From a virus, in IMG/VR virus record IMGVR_UViG_3300042484_002006: DNA of 64,000 nt, one strand, 5' to 3'. Positions 46,201 through 55,247 of this stretch are shown in pieces. The position numbers and the translations under genes are program-made. A model generated the notes under the pieces. The model did no database searches, was not told where the DNA came from, and was given only the letters and a program-made list of their open reading frames with translations. Within the stretch, counting starts at the first letter, position 1, and each line of letters begins with the position of its first letter.

Positions 46201-49200
46201 GATGATTTTGCAGAAGCAGATATTCTAAGAGGATATCAATCCTTAAGAAAAGAAGCTTTCCAATATGGGACTCCAACTAAACTTATCAAAGAATTAGAAA
46301 CTAGCAGGCCAGATTTATTTACATTTGGTGGAAAAAAAGTTAGTGAAGCAGTTACTGAAGTTCAAGCTGTGCAATTTGCCGAAGAACTTTTAGCAGCACA
46401 AAAGTTAACATCTCAACAATTAAGAGCTCAGGGTATAGATCCGACTTTCTTGAGTTCCTCTGCATCAAGAATTAAGTACTTAATGCAAGAAACTAATCTA
46501 AATGCAATATCTCAAATGGCTGAAAAGTCTCCAACTATTACAACTAGATTAGATCAATTAAAAAATGAAATATTTAGATACGTTTCACAAACCAACCAAA
46601 TGCAACTTGGAGGCGGAAGTTCTGCAGACATATTTATTGAGATGCAAACTGCTATTAATAAAATGGTTAAAAGTGGAGCAATTAGTTCCTCAGAAAGAGT
46701 TGAAGCTCAAGCTGCAGCTCTATCGAGCATGTTTAATATCAGCGCATTTAAAACTTTTCAACACTCAGCGTCAAATATCCAGAATGCTCGCGCGGGCGCA
46801 GCAGAAATGTTCGGTCTTTCAACTCAAAATCCTAGTCTAAAAAATGTCTTTGATCCTTTTTCAAAGGCTGAAGTAAACCAAATTAGTAGTGGTATTCGTA
46901 AAAAATTCGCACCAGCACTTTCGCTAAGGCAAAGAGCTTTTGGAACTTCAGGCTATAAGGTTGATGATTTAGCTGTTGACCCATTAGGTTCTGGACAAAG
47001 TATCACAGTAGTGCCAACTTTCGGAACGGTGTTTGGCAGAGATCCAATGGGAGCCATTAAGAGCGCAATTGGCTTGACAACTTATTCAGATCCACAGAGT
47101 TTTTCTATGGGCAGCGTTCCTATCTCGCAAGGTGTAGAAAGATTAAATAGATATTTTGGCACTTTGGGTGGTCAATTAAACGTATCAGATTTTAAAGGTC
47201 CATTAGATCTTTTTGCTAGAGGAATGGTTGGCAAGCGAGTATTACCATTATATGCAACCGGTGTGACAGCTTTGACTATAGATCGAACGTTGGGTGGAGC
47301 CGTTAACGGTAAGGATGATAACGGAGAAAGAATTTATTCTCCACTAGTCCTTGGCCAAGTGGCTAAAGGAGCAGTTGAACTACAATCATTATCTGCAGGT
47401 ATAGCTCCTGGTGGAATGAGCTATGAAGAAAAGAAAGAGCAGTTAACCGAAGGTGAAGTTCCAATCAGGCAGGGTAGATGGTGGCCACTTGGAAATACCC
47501 CATTTAAGGGCGGAAAAATTCAGTATTACAGACCTTCTTGGTATCGTAAACTCCAAGCAGGAGCAATGTTTACCAGTGACACCTATGGAAGTCCAGCTGA
47601 AAAATTCTTATACTATAACGACATTTCACCACTAAGACCTTTTGACCCATATAGATTTGAACGTAAACACTATGAGGATAGGCCATATCCCGTTACTGGT
47701 GAATATTTCTCTGGTCCATTTGGTCCGCTCGTGCCCCTTGCTAATATGACAGTCGGAAAGCTCTTAAAGCCCCAAGTTCGAATGCATGAAAACGAAACTG
47801 CACAAGGTTTAGCAAACTACGTTAGGGCTGGACAATCAGGTGCCTACGACGCTTCTGCCTATGGGCAAACTCCAAGTTATGTCAATGGATTGGGCTTCAC
47901 TAGAGAAATGGGCGGAGGAGGCTCTGGAGGGGCCATAGGAGGCCTTGGAATGATGGGTGGAGGTGCACCTACCCCTGGATCTATCGGAGGCGCAGCAGCA
48001 GTTTCTGGAATGAACTCAATGCTAGCCAGTAGAGCAGGTAGCACGGGCGCTGCAGGATCAATGGTTAGGTCTTCACTAAAAGATATAAACTCTCAATACA
48101 GCGATTTGTCCTATGGTCCGCCCAGGGTGCCTGGTGTAATGGCTCCCAGAATAGTTGGAGCTGGAGCTCCGTTGGAGCCCAGTACTAGTTCTTTCCAGGC
48201 AGGTGAGCTTGGATTTAGAATGCAAGAAATGGCAGGTATCTACGGGTTTGCTTTTGCTAATGCAAGAAAGACATTGGGATTTGGGCAAGCAGATTATCAG
48301 CCACAAAGAAGTGTTTTACAATCAGCATCAAAAGCCTATGGAACTACTAGAGCATTCTGGGATCTTAACTTAGGAGGCTTGGGAGACGCTCCGTTAGGAA
48401 ATAAAGAAGGCGTAGGTAACTTTGAATTTTCTGAAATTGTTAGACGATTCATTCCAAAAGAAAGAACTAATGTTGATTATTTAAATCCAATAGAAAATAC
48501 TATGGGAAAGAAATATCCATTCCTTCCTGGGTCTGAATATTTTACAGACTTCACTAGAGGGGATCCATTTACAAAGGTTCAAGAAGGTGAATTAAGACTA
48601 CCCGGAGTTGGTTACGAAAGATTTAATAGACTTAACCCAGATTCAACTGGTCGATATGGAGCGTTGGATCAACTTAAAATATTGGGTGATGTTGCGCCTT
48701 ACTCACAACAATATAAAATATTAGATAAAAAAATTGACAGCATGAATTTAGGTCCAGCCGAAAGAAACCAAGTAGCTGATATTAGATCTCAAGTTCAAAG
48801 TATGACAACTAAAAATGAATTCACAGATTACAAATATAAAGGATCTTCTGCCGAAGAAATGGGGCAACATCCATTGAAGTTTGGCGCAGGAAGAATGGGA
48901 GAATATCTAGCTCACTCTGACAACTTTGTTGTGAGCAAGACAATAGGCAAGAGGACTGCTACTGAAGATTGGGAAAGAAAACATGTCTACGGCGCCACTT
49001 TCCCAGAATGGCAAAGACCATTTGAAAGTTATATTCAGCCAATGATTAATAAAGCCACACAAAGAGATCCAATAACGGCAGCAGCCGGACTTGGTGTAGC
49101 TGGAGCACTATTTGGAAGAACAGCTAAAGCTAAATTGTTTGGAACAGCAATTGGCGTAGCGACTGGATTAACTGCATCTGCATATGGGCAAACTTCAGAA

Positions 49201-49887
49201 TTAGTAACCGGTGAAAGATTCGTGCCAGCAAAAAGAAAGAAAGAATTAGCACTCGAAGAGTACTCTGATATTTTAAGCTACGTAAAAAGCAAAAGATTAG
49301 AAACTATGGCTAAAGCTTCTGGCGATGGAAAAGCAGCGATGCAATATAATATGGCTGCAAAAAGAACAATGTATGGAGCTGATCTTTATGGGAAAGATAT
49401 CGATACATTATCTTTAGCTATCCCTAAAAGAAAAAGAGAACACTTCAAAGCAATGATTAATGCCCCAGAAGAAGAAAGAGGTAAAATACTTTCTACTGCG
49501 GGACGACTTGAAAGAAGAATCTACGAAGCTTCTTGGGGGATGGATGTTGAGAAGAGACCAGATTTAGGAGAATATTTTACTCGTCATGAACTTCCAGATT
49601 TATCATGGGAAGGTTGGCATCCTAATACCAATATGGATCAAGTAAAGATTAAAATGGGACAATCAATGGGTCTAGAAATGTCGCAGATGGGTTACTATCC
49701 TCAACAGATCCGTGAAGCAAATTTAGCTAATCCAAGCTTTCCTCAATTTGGGAATGGTGGAGATAGACAAGATACTTTATATAAATTGCGCGGACTAATG
49801 AATGGTTCTGGATTTTCTGGAAGTGTTACTCCAGTTATGAATCCTTTTGGCTCACAGGGTATTGACGTTTCGGCAGGAGTTAGATAA
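43246..49887 (+). CDS. Tape-measure-like / ejected virion protein (2213 aa)
   Basis: Position after the chaperones; size; Ala/Gly-rich helical regions with hydrophobic segments; TTG start with AAGGAG RBS. Confidence 0.7.
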   Translation: MIRDPGPIQNLGYGVTSRDLPATEGESDGVAPNSGMVSRALNGHPITRFLASTASVMVAAGVASKLTKKGGLKLGKFLQKSADSGNGVSTRVVQSALQIRRQLDELQGVSRYVDSGEDLYSKLVAYDNSGKLTTGYHGMVSERAGYQYLTKEEKNLAGSGFLTEPTAVWSYKDQLQQRLVRAGRRMPYELPAMYGAEKAIVDPLFGNREEGQRKIKWYNPADVITDFTKSSLTMMATMIAPFEALGAAAGAGKSSLNNLRYSMNDMRNLTPFNKKVRKGFVDITETLADVGHDFATLTNKFLRTSAQTSGGLSVATKAYTENQQGFVQNLHSLRHGVKAARDQQIAQGASKEAIRKAGSGAFLKGFTDSSGNTSSGITELPPVFRGLRKAFVAGKDEYKILGKGYDALENSIAHSRVLKAMGGTPEHAQTLQNAMQRIQSQHSSRLSSFATGVRVMGGGGPGDSAVTRSAFGYGHQHDAFKDLLENQLISRGLEGKQAKQFTDYLKVSLPKQNMHSTNIITIGKTKIYEDGADAVDLSDDFFAKIIKRYRGISGGKSFDDVIKPDALRASVEDARDIFASKEFQKGLNNKIQKNWNKFYRDDLTTVGGGMLKPMKASYNDFIGPQTAAKTEFLQRKTAQTLGIKLTDDAGRQVSNDVIAGGLRNRGFDPNAFTDLRAFLIKNRQMSSGVIGGGYNLFGMKSLTIDEARQSGRFTHMRPDEQKIIHDLASRMAINDPVSKSIGFSKLDGVYQSRSGQILDFTSVKSTFTKTANFFASEFKIPILGFNPADLFGYRSFSEMANRSPLQYVSSRTVQPFMPEGAQSKADFHMWFKTKGTKGKLMSFRTDNLSDAVHSTVMNGTYRALPTNTTDLLTRHTRYASNMQGETINEIRDSSGSKFLDRILGGERAIRFKRKMSIDSEQPNSLFSLASRFKGRSSDVNNHGVMSRLLSGEDVKYNSGGKEKIIKLSVGQNKEIGVVDNFGNIVDDFAEADILRGYQSLRKEAFQYGTPTKLIKELETSRPDLFTFGGKKVSEAVTEVQAVQFAEELLAAQKLTSQQLRAQGIDPTFLSSSASRIKYLMQETNLNAISQMAEKSPTITTRLDQLKNEIFRYVSQTNQMQLGGGSSADIFIEMQTAINKMVKSGAISSSERVEAQAAALSSMFNISAFKTFQHSASNIQNARAGAAEMFGLSTQNPSLKNVFDPFSKAEVNQISSGIRKKFAPALSLRQRAFGTSGYKVDDLAVDPLGSGQSITVVPTFGTVFGRDPMGAIKSAIGLTTYSDPQSFSMGSVPISQGVERLNRYFGTLGGQLNVSDFKGPLDLFARGMVGKRVLPLYATGVTALTIDRTLGGAVNGKDDNGERIYSPLVLGQVAKGAVELQSLSAGIAPGGMSYEEKKEQLTEGEVPIRQGRWWPLGNTPFKGGKIQYYRPSWYRKLQAGAMFTSDTYGSPAEKFLYYNDISPLRPFDPYRFERKHYEDRPYPVTGEYFSGPFGPLVPLANMTVGKLLKPQVRMHENETAQGLANYVRAGQSGAYDASAYGQTPSYVNGLGFTREMGGGGSGGAIGGLGMMGGGAPTPGSIGGAAAVSGMNSMLASRAGSTGAAGSMVRSSLKDINSQYSDLSYGPPRVPGVMAPRIVGAGAPLEPSTSSFQAGELGFRMQEMAGIYGFAFANARKTLGFGQADYQPQRSVLQSASKAYGTTRAFWDLNLGGLGDAPLGNKEGVGNFEFSEIVRRFIPKERTNVDYLNPIENTMGKKYPFLPGSEYFTDFTRGDPFTKVQEGELRLPGVGYERFNRLNPDSTGRYGALDQLKILGDVAPYSQQYKILDKKIDSMNLGPAERNQVADIRSQVQSMTTKNEFTDYKYKGSSAEEMGQHPLKFGAGRMGEYLAHSDNFVVSKTIGKRTATEDWERKHVYGATFPEWQRPFESYIQPMINKATQRDPITAAAGLGVAGALFGRTAKAKLFGTAIGVATGLTASAYGQTSELVTGERFVPAKRKKELALEEYSDILSYVKSKRLETMAKASGDGKAAMQYNMAAKRTMYGADLYGKDIDTLSLAIPKRKREHFKAMINAPEEERGKILSTAGRLERRIYEASWGMDVEKRPDLGEYFTRHELPDLSWEGWHPNTNMDQVKIKMGQSMGLEMSQMGYYPQQIREANLANPSFPQFGNGGDRQDTLYKLRGLMNGSGFSGSVTPVMNPFGSQGIDVSAGVR

Positions 49888-52800
49888 TGGTAAATATTAA
49901 TGAGATGTATAAAACACTGCCACAAAGAATGGCGGCTGCTAGATCAGCATTAATGAGAACTACCTATGGAATGGGTGGTGTTATAAAAATAGAGCCAGAT
50001 GGCGATGAAATTAAATATGTATTAACCGCTACTGGTGAAAGTTTTAAAAATGTTGATAGAGCATTTAATGCAGCTGCTTCACTTCATGTTACACAGGTTA
50101 ACCCACTCCTAAAACCAAAACTAGGAAATAAAGTTAGTGGTATGGCTGAGATCATGGAGGATATCAGAGGAAAAGCAAGCAATTTTAATGCTGGCCAAAT
50201 TCAAATGTTACAAAATGCAGGTATTGACGTAAATGCGATAAAAGATATGCAGGTTGACCTCCTAACCATGCACGCTGATAAGGGAGGCGTAAAAGGAGTA
50301 GCCAGCAGAATCCAAACACTAAGAGACCGTGGAACTTTGCATGGTATTACGATAATGGATGATGAAGGCGCACGAATGTTGAATATGCGTGTAGGCCAAA
50401 AAATGCTAACGAGCTACCAATCAAACTTACTCCTTTCAATTACTGGTCACGACATGTTAGATCCAGAATTATTCTCAGCCATTATGGGCAAGGGCACTTC
50501 TCCATCAGAATCTTTAATTAAACAATTAATGAAAGTTGGAAAAAGATTCAGATCATTAGCATCTGAAAGAGAAGTCTCTTTAGCAGGAAATGATCTAGCT
50601 AGTTTTATTGGTGGAAAGCTGAAAGCAGAGGACTTTCATAAATCAATGTTAGTAGTAGATCCTCAATATGAGCTACTGCAGAAGATGGCTCACGGGAGCG
50701 CCTATGACTTTGGCGGAGGAAAAAAGGGAGCAGAATTAGCCGCCTATTACAAAAATGCAGAAGCTGAAGATTTTATTGGCAGCATAATGGGGAAACTATC
50801 TACTAACGAACAAGACGAATTAAAAAATGTAATTAAATCAGGTAATTTTACTTATGGGGGACGAGGAAAATTTGCTAGCGATCAATTAATGACACATTTA
50901 AAAGATAATTTTATTACAGTTAATGGTGTAGTTGATCAAAATCGAGAAAAAATTGTTAAAGAAATGTTTGATAATATCGAATATGCGTATGATGGTTCTG
51001 ATTTAATAAATTCAAAAAATATAGATGGCTATATTAAAAATATGCAAAAAAGAGCAAGTAGGATAAGAAAGCAAATCGACGATTCGCAGAAAGGTATTAG
51101 GCCACTGACAGCAGAAAAAATGGAAGAACTTGCTATGGAACTAAAAGATGTAAGTAACATCGAAAGACAAGTTTCTCGTGCTAAGAATACAGGTGGGCTG
51201 GAACAATTTACTGGTAGAGGTCACAGCGAAAAATATGGAGATATTAAAACAGCTTTCCAGTCAGTAGAATTTGATCCTAAATTAAATAAGTACTCAATGA
51301 TTGTTAGCAAGATGGGATTCAAAGGCGAACTTGGTCTAGCTGGTGAAAGTAACATACTTAACTTAAGCGGAATGGGAGCAGGGCGCGATTTAGTCTACGC
51401 TGACCCAGTATCAACAGCTTTTCATCCAGAAATTTTTGCTGATCCAGATACGATTAAGGCAATGGAAAAAAGATCTCAGGCTATCCTTCAAGAATTTGAA
51501 GGAGCCATTAAGAGCGGAACGGTTCCTAAGCGAGTAAGAGCAATGTTGGAACAGGCAGCAGAACGTGACATAAGTCATCTGCCCTCGTATGCTCGTGGAT
51601 CAGCACAGAGAAATAGGGAATTTGCAAAAGCTATTACGGATATGATAAATAGAGGAATTAGCCCTAATCAAAATCCAACTATGATGAATATGATGCATAC
51701 GTTCTTTGCAACAGAGGCATTCCGAGAAAAAGGCAATTTTGTTCAAGCTGTTCTTCCTGATACTTATCGCTTTGCTATTGATAGTGAAGCAGTCCTCATG
51801 GGAACTAAAAAAGGAAAAATGCTACTCAACAAGGGTAGAGGTTACGAAAAGATATCTATGTCTGGCCTAAATGCCGCACAAGAAGCAGCATTAGCAAGTC
51901 AAGACATTCTAAAGTTCAGAGTAAGTGGACATAAGATGATGTTGTCAGCGGATGCTATTGGTCAGTTTAGGCACGCCCTTGGTGGATTTGACTTAGACGA
52001 CAAGGCACTACCTAAGCTTTTGACATATGAACAAAAAATAGCAGATGGTCAAGGTGGATTTAGAACAGTAAATAGATTAGGATTTAATATTTTCAGACAA
52101 CCATCTGGTCCTGAAGAATTAATTTTTGCTCGCATGAATATGGATCAAGAAACTATTAGAGGATTATTTGGTGGAGGAGATGATGTCTTTGCAGTAAAAC
52201 ATTTTAGGGACGCACTAGATCATCTGCAATCTACGACTACTCCCAAAGACGAATTGCATAAGACCTATTCTAATCTACAAAATATTTTAGATAAAAAACA
52301 TTTAAAATTAGATAAATCAGGCAATGTCATAAAAGATAAATACGGCAAAGCAATGGAAGCCGAATTATCTCCAAAATACTTTCAAGAATATGAACAAGCA
52401 ATTTATAATGTTTTTGAAAGATTAGAGGCTGATGGAGTGACCCAACTCCAAAGAATGTCACCAGAAATGGCTGCCAAAATCGCTCAGTATGGATCTTCTT
52501 CATTGAAAACATCTGAGTTAGCGTTTGAGCCTAGATATACTAGAGAAGGAGTATTTAAAGCATTTACTAAAGAAGGTGCTTTTGATATGAGTGAAGAATT
52601 ATTATCTACAATGCGAGCTAATAATGTTGACCAGGCGACAATTAATAAATTATCAAGAGCAAAAAACTTTGACGAAATGCTCAACCTAATGCAAGCAGAT
52701 TATAAAAGTAATCCAGCAGTACGAGCAGCATTTGCAAGCTCAATCGAAGAACTTGGCATAAAAAAGAGCATTGAAGGTGCAGATATTCTTGGTCTATATG

Positions 52801-54782
52801 TGAATAGATCAATGGCTGTGGGTTCTTCATTGAATCAATATGAAGCTTTTTTAAATGACGCAGGGACATCTTCTGCAGTTAAAAAATACATGTTAGAAAA
52901 CTATAAAATTGGTTTACTTTCGCAAGAAACAGCCATTGACCTTTCGGTCAACCTTGCGGGCACAAAACAATTAATGGGAAATGTTACGGAGCTGCTTGCT
53001 AACTTAACCGCATCAGACGCTAGCATGTATAATGAAAAAGGAATACAAAAAGCGCTAGGAGAGTTAGGGATTGCTGGCGCTGGACAAAAGGGCATGACAC
53101 TAGCTGGCTTTGGAGAACAAAGTATGGCTAATCTTGGAAAAATGATTGGATTTAATCGCGCCGTTGGTTCTGCCCAGGATGATCTCCAATTAGGTATTGA
53201 TGAATTCTTATTGCGTGAAAGAATTAAAGGTAGCGATACTAAAATTATTCTAGATAATATGATCCAAGGAATGCGAGATGCGCAAACTGCAGGACACGCA
53301 TCTCAAGTAGATTTAGATGAAACAATCAAGCAACTTCAAGCACTTTCTGCTAGCAATGATGAAGGTAAAATAAAGGAAGAATTAATAAAAAGAATTGGCC
53401 TAGGCGCAGACCACAAGTATGCCTCAATATCTAAAGTTCATGATGTGGGTGTCAGATATCAAGCTTACCTAGATAAAGTAAGAAGAGCCTCGATATCCCG
53501 AATGCCAGCAGATGACATATTATCCTCAACATCTACCTCCGCTGAAGCAGATTCTCTTGCCAGAAGAATTATTGCAACGCATAAAGATTCTCTAGAGCAA
53601 ATTTTTAGTGTTACAACTGATGAACTAAAATTAATGAGTGAGCCTGAAAAATTCAAGCACGCGGCTATGTTAGACAATGTTGGAGAAAATGTATTGCGCA
53701 CTATTGGTCAGGCATCGCAGTTAGAAAACATTAATGCGCTAGATCTTATCACCGCCATAGATAAACAAACGCTTGGCGCAGGTTCAAGAATAGATGTTGG
53801 AGGTCTAAGATATTTGAGCTCAGCTTTCGATGGCAATATGCCACAAGAGGTTTCGCAAGTAGCTGAAATGATTACAAGTGCTAGAGACTATAGAAGAATA
53901 AAATTCTATGAAAGCTTCGATCAAGACTACGCTAACCAGGTCCAAGCAAGCTTGGGTAATAAAAATACTATGAATGAAATTACAGAAGAAGCCCAAAGAA
54001 GACTAAAACTTGTTAGTGAAGCTCAGGAAAGAATAGATAATGGTACGAACAGCATGTTTGATATTTTCGAAGCAACCAACGAACAAAATGATGTACTAAG
54101 AGCCTTAGTGGGTGAGTCAGATCAGATTGCTGATGAAATGGTCAGGGAAAATTCTAATCACCAAGCAACCCTTATACAGCACCAAATGAGAAGAAGAGAA
54201 TTAGAAGATGCCGGACTCATAAGTCCAACTGGACAAGATGGCGTGCTAGAAAAGGGTGGGACTATAATAGACTCACAACAAGCACAGGCTGCTTTTGGTG
54301 ATGATTATAATTTAACGGATGACATTATTAGATCTGTTAATGACTTAGATAATGGATTAGTGGAGAATAAAGCTGTATATAAAAGAATAGGCGAAAAAAT
54401 GGGAGATCTTAAAGATCTTTTTAAAAACCCCACTATCAGGAAAAGTACCCTAGCATTAGGCGCTCTTATAATGGGAAGCTTCGCCTACACAGCGATTAGG
54501 GACAGGACTCATGAAGATATGACAGGACCTCCCCTATTGCCAGGTGGATCAGCCTATGAAAGCGGTTTTCCAAATCGAGTTCCCGAAATTGGCACTTTTG
54601 GTGGACCAGGTTATGATCCTGGCGTTAGCTATAAGGTAAATCTATATGGAGACCAAGACACCGTAAGAAGATTTAATGCTGCTGCCGGAGGGTTAGTTAA
54701 TGGCAATATTAACACTACTATGTATAATAGAATCCCCGATGTGGCTCAAGATCCATATACAAGAATGGCAGCCAATTATTAA
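49887..54782 (+). CDS. Putative single-chain two-barrel (YonO/crAss/QDE-1-class) RNA polymerase-like virion protein with C-terminal hydrophobic helix (1631 aa)
   Basis: Ordered motifs YDGSDLINS (D369), TGR...DIKTAF (R444/K454), IVSKMGFK (K479), YRFAIDS, GGFDLDD (702-705), FRQP (R737), LGLYVN (G969/N973), QETAID (D1018). Confidence 0.65.
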   Translation: MVNINEMYKTLPQRMAAARSALMRTTYGMGGVIKIEPDGDEIKYVLTATGESFKNVDRAFNAAASLHVTQVNPLLKPKLGNKVSGMAEIMEDIRGKASNFNAGQIQMLQNAGIDVNAIKDMQVDLLTMHADKGGVKGVASRIQTLRDRGTLHGITIMDDEGARMLNMRVGQKMLTSYQSNLLLSITGHDMLDPELFSAIMGKGTSPSESLIKQLMKVGKRFRSLASEREVSLAGNDLASFIGGKLKAEDFHKSMLVVDPQYELLQKMAHGSAYDFGGGKKGAELAAYYKNAEAEDFIGSIMGKLSTNEQDELKNVIKSGNFTYGGRGKFASDQLMTHLKDNFITVNGVVDQNREKIVKEMFDNIEYAYDGSDLINSKNIDGYIKNMQKRASRIRKQIDDSQKGIRPLTAEKMEELAMELKDVSNIERQVSRAKNTGGLEQFTGRGHSEKYGDIKTAFQSVEFDPKLNKYSMIVSKMGFKGELGLAGESNILNLSGMGAGRDLVYADPVSTAFHPEIFADPDTIKAMEKRSQAILQEFEGAIKSGTVPKRVRAMLEQAAERDISHLPSYARGSAQRNREFAKAITDMINRGISPNQNPTMMNMMHTFFATEAFREKGNFVQAVLPDTYRFAIDSEAVLMGTKKGKMLLNKGRGYEKISMSGLNAAQEAALASQDILKFRVSGHKMMLSADAIGQFRHALGGFDLDDKALPKLLTYEQKIADGQGGFRTVNRLGFNIFRQPSGPEELIFARMNMDQETIRGLFGGGDDVFAVKHFRDALDHLQSTTTPKDELHKTYSNLQNILDKKHLKLDKSGNVIKDKYGKAMEAELSPKYFQEYEQAIYNVFERLEADGVTQLQRMSPEMAAKIAQYGSSSLKTSELAFEPRYTREGVFKAFTKEGAFDMSEELLSTMRANNVDQATINKLSRAKNFDEMLNLMQADYKSNPAVRAAFASSIEELGIKKSIEGADILGLYVNRSMAVGSSLNQYEAFLNDAGTSSAVKKYMLENYKIGLLSQETAIDLSVNLAGTKQLMGNVTELLANLTASDASMYNEKGIQKALGELGIAGAGQKGMTLAGFGEQSMANLGKMIGFNRAVGSAQDDLQLGIDEFLLRERIKGSDTKIILDNMIQGMRDAQTAGHASQVDLDETIKQLQALSASNDEGKIKEELIKRIGLGADHKYASISKVHDVGVRYQAYLDKVRRASISRMPADDILSSTSTSAEADSLARRIIATHKDSLEQIFSVTTDELKLMSEPEKFKHAAMLDNVGENVLRTIGQASQLENINALDLITAIDKQTLGAGSRIDVGGLRYLSSAFDGNMPQEVSQVAEMITSARDYRRIKFYESFDQDYANQVQASLGNKNTMNEITEEAQRRLKLVSEAQERIDNGTNSMFDIFEATNEQNDVLRALVGESDQIADEMVRENSNHQATLIQHQMRRRELEDAGLISPTGQDGVLEKGGTIIDSQQAQAAFGDDYNLTDDIIRSVNDLDNGLVENKAVYKRIGEKMGDLKDLFKNPTIRKSTLALGALIMGSFAYTAIRDRTHEDMTGPPLLPGGSAYESGFPNRVPEIGTFGGPGYDPGVSYKVNLYGDQDTVRRFNAAAGGLVNGNINTTMYNRIPDVAQDPYTRMAANY

Positions 54783-54794
54783 GGTTAGGTATTT

Positions 54795-55238
54795 ATGATT
54801 TTTGGTGCAGGCGATCAGAACAAAAGGCTTAGTAGCGCAGCTGGTCGTCCCAAAGATACATCTCATAGGAAAGAAAATTCGAATACCTACTCAGCCAAGA
54901 TTTCTTCTAGTAAGTCTTCTGTGGCTAAAACCGTCGGTGAATCAAAAGTCACTGTTAGAAAATCTAATTCAGATAAGCTAAGAGGCTCATACGAAGGTTT
55001 GCAACACAGCTCTTCTACTGTCTTACAGATGAATGGTGTGGGATATGATAATAAGTCCCTGCAAAACGCGCGTTATAACAAAAATCAAATATCTCATAAT
55101 AATCATAGGTTTAACTTTAATATGTCACCTGTTGATAAAAATTATAGTATAATGGATAATTACAGTTCTATGTCTGCGACTGGATCATCTAGCAATAAAA
55201 TTAGCAATATAGTTAAAAATAATATGATGTTTAAATAG
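54795..55238 (+). CDS. Basic Ser/Asn/Lys-rich low-complexity protein (147 aa)
   Basis: ORF track; AGGT RBS. Confidence 0.65.
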   Translation: MIFGAGDQNKRLSSAAGRPKDTSHRKENSNTYSAKISSSKSSVAKTVGESKVTVRKSNSDKLRGSYEGLQHSSSTVLQMNGVGYDNKSLQNARYNKNQISHNNHRFNFNMSPVDKNYSIMDNYSSMSATGSSSNKISNIVKNNMMFK

Positions 55239-55247
55239 GAAAATTAC

